From NCBI GenBank assembly GCA_017436225.1, contig JAFSDM010000042.1:38346-102345 (forward strand): DNA of 64,000 bases. The letters are read 5' to 3'. How positions within the stretch are numbered: the stretch's first letter is position 1; every line of letters begins with the position of its first letter. The notes under the pieces were generated by a model, which saw nothing but the letters and a program-made list of their open reading frames with translations, did no database searches and was not told the origin of the DNA. A program made the position numbers and the translations under genes. This document shows positions 58,077 through 64,000 of the stretch, piece after piece. Source of the DNA: Clostridia bacterium (lineage in GTDB: Bacteria; Bacillota; Clostridia; Oscillospirales; Acutalibacteraceae).

Positions 58077-58574
58077 TTAAAAATCACATTTGAGATTATA
58101 TTTTTTTAGCAACTTTCGCTCAATACCTCTTTTAATTTTAAAACCGAAAGAGCTTTCAAGCTCTACGGGGCAAACTAAAATTGTTTTGCAGCCCGCTAAA
58201 TTTCCGCCTAAAATATCGGTTAAAAGCTGGTCGCCCACTATGGCGCAGTTTTTAATGCTTTCACCCATTCTTTTTGCGGCGCGCCTGTAACCAAAGGTTA
58301 GCGGTTTTCCGCCAAGACCTACAAACGGGAGACCAAAATTCTTTGCAATGCCTTCCATTCTTTTGGGTTTAGCGTTTGAAAGAATAATTAGCTTTATGCC
58401 ATCATTTTGCATTTTTTCAAGCCAATTCATAACGCCGTCTAAAATAATTTTGCCCTTTTTAAGGCAAAGGGTATTATCAACATCTAAAATAAGGCAGGTT
58501 ATATTCATCTTATTTAACAGCTCTGCCGTTATATCGGTAGCCCTGTTAAGCTGTAAATGCGGTTTTGTAAACAC
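58077..58574 (-). CDS. yqeG: YqeG-family HAD-IIIA phosphatase
   Basis: LILDVDNTL HAD motif I and VGDQLLTDI motif. Start set at the in-frame GTG at 58574, 8 nt after AAGGGGG. The longer track ORF would run into the terminator hairpin. Confidence 0.7.
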   Translation of the reverse strand: MFTKPHLQLNRATDITAELLNKMNITCLILDVDNTLCLKKGKIILDGVMNWLEKMQNDGIKLIILSNAKPKRMEGIAKNFGLPFVGLGGKPLTFGYRRAAKRMGESIKNCAIVGDQLLTDILGGNLAGCKTILVCPVELESSFGFKIKRGIERKLLKKYNLKCDF

Positions 58575-58591
58575 ACTTAAAGCCCCCTTAT

Positions 58592-58626
58592 AAAATAAAA
58601 AGCAGCTTGGAAAAACCAAGCCGCTT
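58592..58626 (-). terminator. intrinsic terminator after rpsU
   Basis: Stem AAGCGGCTTGG / CCAAGCTGCTT followed by a T-rich run. Confidence 0.8.
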
Positions 58627-58639
58627 TTTTAAAACTTTT

Positions 58640-58816
58640 TTAGCGGAACTTACGCTTACGTGCGGCTTCCGACTTCTTTTTACGCTTTACAGAGGGCTTT
58701 TCGTAATGCTCTCTCTTGCGTACTTCCTGAATAACACCGTCTTTAGCAGTTTGTCTTTTAAAACGACGGAGTGCGTTATCCAAAGATTCGTTTTCTTTAA
58801 TTCTTACCTGACTCAC
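58640..58816 (-). CDS. rpsU: 30S ribosomal protein S21 (58 aa; below the ORF-track cutoff)
   Basis: Manual translation gives (V)[60 protein letters not shown] start with a GGAGGGAGGG RBS. Confidence 0.9.
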   Translation of the reverse strand: MSQVRIKENESLDNALRRFKRQTAKDGVIQEVRKREHYEKPSVKRKKKSEAARKRKFR

Positions 58817-58903
58817 TATGTTCCCTCCCTCCGCAGTTTTCGCAGGGGTAATTTTATTCGTTAGGAATACATTATACTACAAATTGGCATAGCTTGTCAA
58901 GAG

Positions 58904-61306
58904 TTATTTTGCAACAATATTAACAAGTTTACCGGGTACAACAATTTCCTTAACAATTTGCTTGGAGCTAAGTTCATTTTCTACTGCTTGTTTTGCGATC
59001 TCAAGCATCTGCTCTTTACTTGCATCTGCCGAAACCATAACCTTTGCTTTGATCTTACCGCAAATTTGAACAACGATTTCAATTTCGCTATCCTTACATT
59101 TTGCTTCATCATACTCGGGCCATTTGCCGCTAAGTGCAATCATTTCACCAAAGCCGCAGATTTCCCACATTTCTTCGGTAATATGAGGTGCAAAAGGATT
59201 AACAAGAAGTAAAAATGTTTTAAGCTCGGCTTTATTTATTTTACCTGCTTCATAAATATTATTTAAAAGAGTCATAAGCGCAGCGATTGCGGTATTGTAT
59301 TTTAATGTTTCAATATCTTCCGAAACCTTTTTAATGGTTTTGTGGAAGGCGGAAGAAAGCTCTTTAGAATACTCCTCGCCCTCTACTAAAATTTCCCTCA
59401 AATTCCAAATTCTATCAATAAAGCGCTTACAACCCTTAACAGAATTTTCAGACCAAGGAGCCGCCTGCTCATAGTCGCCCATAAAGAGTACGTATGTGCG
59501 AAGAACGTCGGCGCCAAGAGCGTCTACTACTTCGTTGGGGTCGATTACGTTACCGCGAGATTTACTCATTTTAACGCCATCGGGACCGAGGATTAGACCC
59601 TGAGCGGTTCTTTTTGCGTAAGGCTCGGATGTGGTAACTGCGCCAATATCATAAAGGAATTTATGCCAGAAACGTGAATAGATAAGGTGGCGGGTTACGT
59701 GCTCCATACCACCGTTATACCAGTCAACCGGCATCCAGTAGTTAAGCTTTTCCTTATCAGCTAAAGCTTCGCTGTTTTTGGGGTCGATATATCTGAGGTA
59801 ATACCAAGAAGAGCCTGCCCACTGTGGCATGGTATCGGTTTCTCTTTTAGCTTCGCCGCCGCATTTAGGACAGGTGCATTTCACAAAAGACTCAATTTTT
59901 GCGAGAGGACTTTCGCCATCGGTACCGGGTTCAAAATTTTCAACCTCAGGAAGTCTTAGCGGTAACTGTTCATAAGGCACTGCTACCATACCGCACTTTT
60001 TACAGTGAACGATAGGAATAGGCTCACCCCAATAACGCTGACGGTTGAATGCCCAGTCCTTCATTTTAAACTGAACGCCGCCCTCACCAATGCCTTTTTC
60101 TGTTAAATAGGCAATCATTTTTTCGATTGAGTCTTTTTTGTTATCAATACCGTTAAGGAAGTCGGAATTAACCATCTCTCCATCACCGGTGTAAGCAGCC
60201 TCTTCTATATTGCCGCCTTTGATAACCTCTATAATTTCAATGCCGAATTTCTTTGCAAAATCGTAGTCACGTTCATCGTGAGCGGGTACCGCCATAATAG
60301 CGCCTGTGCCGTAGCCCATCATAACGTAGTCGGAAATATAGATAGGAATATCCTTACCGCTTACGGGGTTTTTAGCTGTAAGACCGCTAATTCTAACACC
60401 GGTTTTATCCTTAACCAATTGTGTGCGCTCAAACTCGGTTTTCTTTGCGCACTCATTACGGTAGGCTAAAATTTCATCCATATTTGAAATTTTATCGGCG
60501 TTTTCATCAATAATAGGATGCTCGGGAGCAATAACCATAAAGGTTACGCCGAAAAGGGTATCGGGACGGGTGGTGTAAATTTTTAATTTTTCGCCGAGTT
60601 CATTTACGGTGAAGTTTACAAACGCACCGCGTGATTTACCAATCCAGTTTACCTGCTGAAGCTTGATGTTTGGAAGATAATCTACATCATCAAGACCCTG
60701 TAAAAGTTTATCGGCATACTCAGTAATTCTTAAGTACCAAACGTCTTTTGATTTTTGAACAACATCGCTATGGCAAATATCACACTTACCGCCTTGGGAG
60801 TCTTCATTTGAAAGAACAACCTTACAGTGTGGGCAGTAGTTTACCAAGGTTTTATCACGGAAGGCAAGTCCGTTTTCAAACATTTTAAGGAAAATCCACT
60901 GTGTCCATTTGTAATAACCCTCTTCAGTGGTATCGATAGTTTTTGTGTAATCGAAAGAGAAGCCTACGCGCTTTAACTGGCTTGTAAACTTTTCAATGTT
61001 CATATCAGTAACTTTACGGGGGTGAATACCTGTTTTAATTGCATAGTTTTCGGTAGGAAGACCGTAAGCATCAAAACCTATGGGGAAAAGTACATTGTAG
61101 CCTTCAAGTCTGCGCTTTCTTGAAACAACCTCAAGACCGCTGTAAGCCTTAATATGACCAACGTGCATACCTGCGCCTGATGGATAAGGAAACTCTACAA
61201 GACCGTAAAATTTAGGCTTTGAGAAATCCTCCTTAGCAACAAAAGCGTTGGTTTCATCCCACTTGCTTTGCCACTTTTTTTCTGTCGATAAAAAATCGTA
61301 TCTCAT
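58904..61306 (-). CDS. leuS: leucine--tRNA ligase
   Basis: 800 aa. HVGH (HIGH) and KMSKS motifs. Confidence 0.97.
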   Translation of the reverse strand: MRYDFLSTEKKWQSKWDETNAFVAKEDFSKPKFYGLVEFPYPSGAGMHVGHIKAYSGLEVVSRKRRLEGYNVLFPIGFDAYGLPTENYAIKTGIHPRKVTDMNIEKFTSQLKRVGFSFDYTKTIDTTEEGYYKWTQWIFLKMFENGLAFRDKTLVNYCPHCKVVLSNEDSQGGKCDICHSDVVQKSKDVWYLRITEYADKLLQGLDDVDYLPNIKLQQVNWIGKSRGAFVNFTVNELGEKLKIYTTRPDTLFGVTFMVIAPEHPIIDENADKISNMDEILAYRNECAKKTEFERTQLVKDKTGVRISGLTAKNPVSGKDIPIYISDYVMMGYGTGAIMAVPAHDERDYDFAKKFGIEIIEVIKGGNIEEAAYTGDGEMVNSDFLNGIDNKKDSIEKMIAYLTEKGIGEGGVQFKMKDWAFNRQRYWGEPIPIVHCKKCGMVAVPYEQLPLRLPEVENFEPGTDGESPLAKIESFVKCTCPKCGGEAKRETDTMPQWAGSSWYYLRYIDPKNSEALADKEKLNYWMPVDWYNGGMEHVTRHLIYSRFWHKFLYDIGAVTTSEPYAKRTAQGLILGPDGVKMSKSRGNVIDPNEVVDALGADVLRTYVLFMGDYEQAAPWSENSVKGCKRFIDRIWNLREILVEGEEYSKELSSAFHKTIKKVSEDIETLKYNTAIAALMTLLNNIYEAGKINKAELKTFLLLVNPFAPHITEEMWEICGFGEMIALSGKWPEYDEAKCKDSEIEIVVQICGKIKAKVMVSADASKEQMLEIAKQAVENELSSKQIVKEIVVPGKLVNIVAK

Positions 61307-61323
61307 GATATCAATCCTTAAAA

Positions 61324-61677
61324 TTAATCTTTAATATAATCCGAAATATCAAGCTCTTTGCCATCATTCCAGGTATGGTCTAGACCGTAAAAATCACGGT
61401 TTTTAGCATCCATAACATTAATAACAACACTGCCGTAATCTAACAAAATCCACCCTGTTGTTCTGCCTTCAATGTGATGAGGCTCCAAGCCTTGCTTTGT
61501 TAAAGCATCCTCCACCTCATCGGCAAGGGCACGAACGTGGGTTGTTGAAGTTGCCGTTGCAAGTACAAAATAATCTGCCAAAACGGTTACTTCGGTTACT
61601 TCAATAGCCTTTAGATCTATTGCTTTTTTATCGTCAAGCGCTTTACACGCTACCTTTACAATATCTAATCCCTGCAA
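61324..61677 (-). CDS. rsfS: ribosome silencing factor
   Basis: 117 aa. ADYFVLATATS and GWILLDYG motifs. Confidence 0.9.
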   Translation of the reverse strand: MQGLDIVKVACKALDDKKAIDLKAIEVTEVTVLADYFVLATATSTTHVRALADEVEDALTKQGLEPHHIEGRTTGWILLDYGSVVINVMDAKNRDFYGLDHTWNDGKELDISDYIKD

Positions 61678-61692
61678 AATAAAACCTCTTTT

Positions 61693-62817
61693 CTATTTTT
61701 TTACGTTTGAAAGTGAGCCGCCTTGCTCTACCTCACTTGGTCTTGTAGCGTTACCAAGTCTTTTGTGAAGCTCAATCATTTGAATGTCTTCGGTAGTAAT
61801 AGGTGTGCCGTAAGGATTAAAATAGGTGTTGAAGATTTCAATATACTCATCCTTATGGGGGGACCACATTGAGAGCCCGTTGTAGGTTGCAAACTGACCC
61901 GGAACGGCATAAATGCCCATACTTTCCATAGAAATATCCTGAACCTCGTTAGCGTAGCCTAAAATCTGGCTTATGCTCATATCAGTAGCTACTTCATTAT
62001 AACAGTTTTTAGCAATGGTTACCATTTGACCGGTAGACATTGACTGAAGCTTTTTAGCAAGCGAAACGTAAACCTCTCGCTGTGCTTCAATACGGTCAAT
62101 ATCGCCCTTAACGTAACCGTCCTTAACACCTGTACGCTTACGAACAAAGCCAACCGCCTGTGGACCTGTAAGGGTAACAACACCGGGACCTACCCGTTCG
62201 TGCTTCTTGGTAAAGGGATTCATAATATCTATGCCGTTTGAATTGGGGGTTTCTATATCAACAGTCACGCCACCCAAGGCATCAATTACGTTTGAAAAGC
62301 CCCTTACGGTGAATTTTACATAGTGGTCAAGCGGAATACCAAAGTAGCTTGAAAGTCTACGGCGTAAAGCGTTTATCTGCCTTTCACCCTTACGGGGATT
62401 TCCGTGTACTGCATTAACCTTTTTGGTGGGAACGTCATCACCAATATAAGTATCACGTGGAATTTGCAAGAAGTTAAGGGTGTTTTTCTCGTGGTCGATA
62501 CAGGCTACGATAATAATATCGGTTAAGGTTTCCTGAGGGTCTACACCTACTACTAAAATATAACTCACCTTACTGTCAGTGCTGTAGGTTAATCCCTCAA
62601 ACTCTCCTTCTTCAACTTCGGAATCATCATTGATTTTTTGACCCAAAGCCCAGATACCTGCACCCATAACAGCGGTTAAAAGCACAGAAAAACTTAGCAC
62701 AATTGAAGCAACAATATTAACAATTCGCCTGATTTTACGCTTTTTATTCTTCTTTTTTGGATTTGAAAAAGAATATAAATCTACTGTTTCTTCATTATTG
62801 TTTATGTCGAAATCCAT
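61693..62817 (-). CDS. LytR-CpsA-Psr (LCP) family protein
   Basis: 374 aa. N-terminal TM segment. IPRDTY and VNAV motifs typical of LCP. Confidence 0.85.
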   Translation of the reverse strand: MDFDINNNEETVDLYSFSNPKKKNKKRKIRRIVNIVASIVLSFSVLLTAVMGAGIWALGQKINDDSEVEEGEFEGLTYSTDSKVSYILVVGVDPQETLTDIIIVACIDHEKNTLNFLQIPRDTYIGDDVPTKKVNAVHGNPRKGERQINALRRRLSSYFGIPLDHYVKFTVRGFSNVIDALGGVTVDIETPNSNGIDIMNPFTKKHERVGPGVVTLTGPQAVGFVRKRTGVKDGYVKGDIDRIEAQREVYVSLAKKLQSMSTGQMVTIAKNCYNEVATDMSISQILGYANEVQDISMESMGIYAVPGQFATYNGLSMWSPHKDEYIEIFNTYFNPYGTPITTEDIQMIELHKRLGNATRPSEVEQGGSLSNVKK

Positions 62818-62829
62818 AAAGCTACTCCT

Positions 62830-63429
62830 TTAATTTTTCACAATCTCACGGTAGGCTTCCATAGTATCATTATGAATTGCCATACCCTTTTCGGTTAAAT
62901 CTACCACCGTAAAAATTAAGGCTTCACGCATAGCGTGCTCCAAAGAAATATCAACGGCTTTTCGCATATCATCTACACCGGGGTAATCTCTCTCCTCCGA
63001 AGTGAAATCGGCAAGATAGAGAATTTGCTCCAATAGGGACATATTAGCCTTTGCCGTTGTATGATACTGTACTGCGGAAATTATTTCTGCATCCTCAATA
63101 CCAAGCTTTTCTTTAAGATAAACCGCACCCGCTCTGGCGTGCCACAGTTTACGAGTGTTTTTTGTAACAGTATCTATCATTATACCAAAATCGTTTAATA
63201 TTTGCAACTGTGAATTTGGCTCATCATCCTTGCAAACATCGTGGAGCAGACCCGCTAAAAAGGCTTTTTTTGTATCGCAGCCGTATTTTTCGGCAAGGCG
63301 AAGCGCTTCCTTAGCGACTGCAAGAGAATGATAAAATCTTTTTGGGGTAAGTCTTTCCTTTAAAAATTTTACATAATTTTCAAACTCTATTCTATATTCA
63401 ATACCTTTACCAACAAAAATAGGTTCCAT
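62830..63429 (-). CDS. yqeK: bis(5'-nucleosyl)-tetraphosphatase (symmetrical), HD domain
   Basis: 199 aa. HSLAVA...GLLHDVCK HD motif. Conserved position downstream of nadD. Confidence 0.85.
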   Translation of the reverse strand: MEPIFVGKGIEYRIEFENYVKFLKERLTPKRFYHSLAVAKEALRLAEKYGCDTKKAFLAGLLHDVCKDDEPNSQLQILNDFGIMIDTVTKNTRKLWHARAGAVYLKEKLGIEDAEIISAVQYHTTAKANMSLLEQILYLADFTSEERDYPGVDDMRKAVDISLEHAMREALIFTVVDLTEKGMAIHNDTMEAYREIVKN

Positions 63430-63443
63430 ACTATTCTCCCCTA

Positions 63444-63713
63444 AGCAAACACGAATAATCCGAACCTGATTTTAAAGGCTCAATTTTCGTCTTTGCATTG
63501 TTAAAATACTCGTTAATCCGTCAGGATTAACTGCGTTTTGTGCCTCGCACAGCCAAAAATTGAGCTTTTAAAATTCTGTGACCTAAAACGGACAGAATTT
63601 CGAGTGATTTTTGGTGCGGAAGAATCCGTCAGGCTAACGCCTACGGGTGATGACAAACCGAAAAGTGCCGAAAGAATGCCGTTTTAGGCAGGTTCGGATT
63701 ATTCATGTTTGCT
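63444..63713. mobile_element. 270-bp MITE-like element with 25-bp terminal inverted repeats flanked by TA
   Basis: TIRs AGCAAACACGAATAATCCGAACCTG (63444-63468) and its reverse complement with one mismatch (63689-63713). TA at 63442-63443 and 63714-63715. Nested internal stems and no ORF. Confidence 0.55.
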
Positions 63714-64000
63714 TATATAATGCGTTTTCCTTTATATAATCTAAGACAAGCGGATTTAAAAATCCGCTGCAATCCTTGCCCTTTAAAAAGGCATCTCTAA
63801 CCATACTTGAGGAAATTTCGGGTGGGCAAATATCCAAAAGGGTGATTTTGCCGCCTAATTTTTCAAGTCTTTCTTTGGCTGAATATAACTGCTCATCACT
63901 TATGCCGCCACGCTTATAAACGCAAAGCTCAGCAAGGGACAAAATTTCTTCATACATATACCATTTGTGAAAATCCACAAGGCTGTCTCCGCCTATTACT
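63703..64000 (-). CDS. nadD: nicotinate-nucleotide adenylyltransferase; 5' end lies outside the window
   Basis: Frame is open to the window edge (…VIGGDSLVDFHKW…). C-terminal LDYIKENALY is typical of NadD. The last four codons and the stop lie inside the MITE-like TIR. Confidence 0.85.
   Translation of the reverse strand, partial: VIGGDSLVDFHKWYMYEEILSLAELCVYKRGGISDEQLYSAKERLEKLGGKITLLDICPPEISSSMVRDAFLKGKDCSGFLNPLVLDYIKENALYKQT

Noticed and set aside
61307-61323. A T-box leader expected upstream of leuS.
   Set aside because: Only 17 nt separate rsfS and leuS. The gene is evidently co-transcribed with the upstream operon, so there is no room for a T-box.

Overview
A 64-kb chromosomal segment from an AT-rich, spore-forming member of the Clostridia. 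The taxon is inferred, not proven: two dockerin-bearing proteins, an IspH-S1 fusion, SCIFF and cwlJ/gerQ point to a Ruminococcaceae/Oscillospiraceae-like organism. Most of the window is housekeeping, largely on the minus strand: uvrA, uvrB, ispH-rpsA fusion, cmk, plsC, ispD/ispF, efp, leuS, rsfS, rpsU, nadD/yqeK, trkAH and yebC. Interspersed with this are sugar-utilisation genes (a TIM-like/FGGY kinase/isomerase/Fsa cluster, GH2 plus a GPH symporter), a COG0523 metallochaperone pair, the SCIFF ranthipeptide locus and spore-cortex genes. Three real genes are under 60 aa and so absent from the ORF track: scfA, rpsU and a DUF3006-like gene. The strongest finding is a Hin/hix-like DNA-inversion switch. 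A small serine recombinase gene (32532-33146) is followed by two inverted 26-bp palindromic crossover-type sites (33407-33432 and 33545-33570). These bracket a ~138-bp segment holding the only plausible promoter for an 865-aa LRR/dockerin surface protein, which suggests phase-variable expression of a cellulosome/amylosome-type component. Other notable items: a 270-bp TIR/TA-flanked MITE-like insertion in the nadD-yqeK junction whose ancestral junction can be reconstructed; an orphan ~390-nt promoter-to-terminator unit with no long ORF between the metallochaperone and SCIFF operons; a solo mazF with no antitoxin gene; a translationally coupled DUF5685/J-domain (Cys-rich tail)/membrane trio; and perfect in-frame repeats inside the LRR gene. 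No rRNA, tRNA, CRISPR array, prophage or recognisable defence island was seen.
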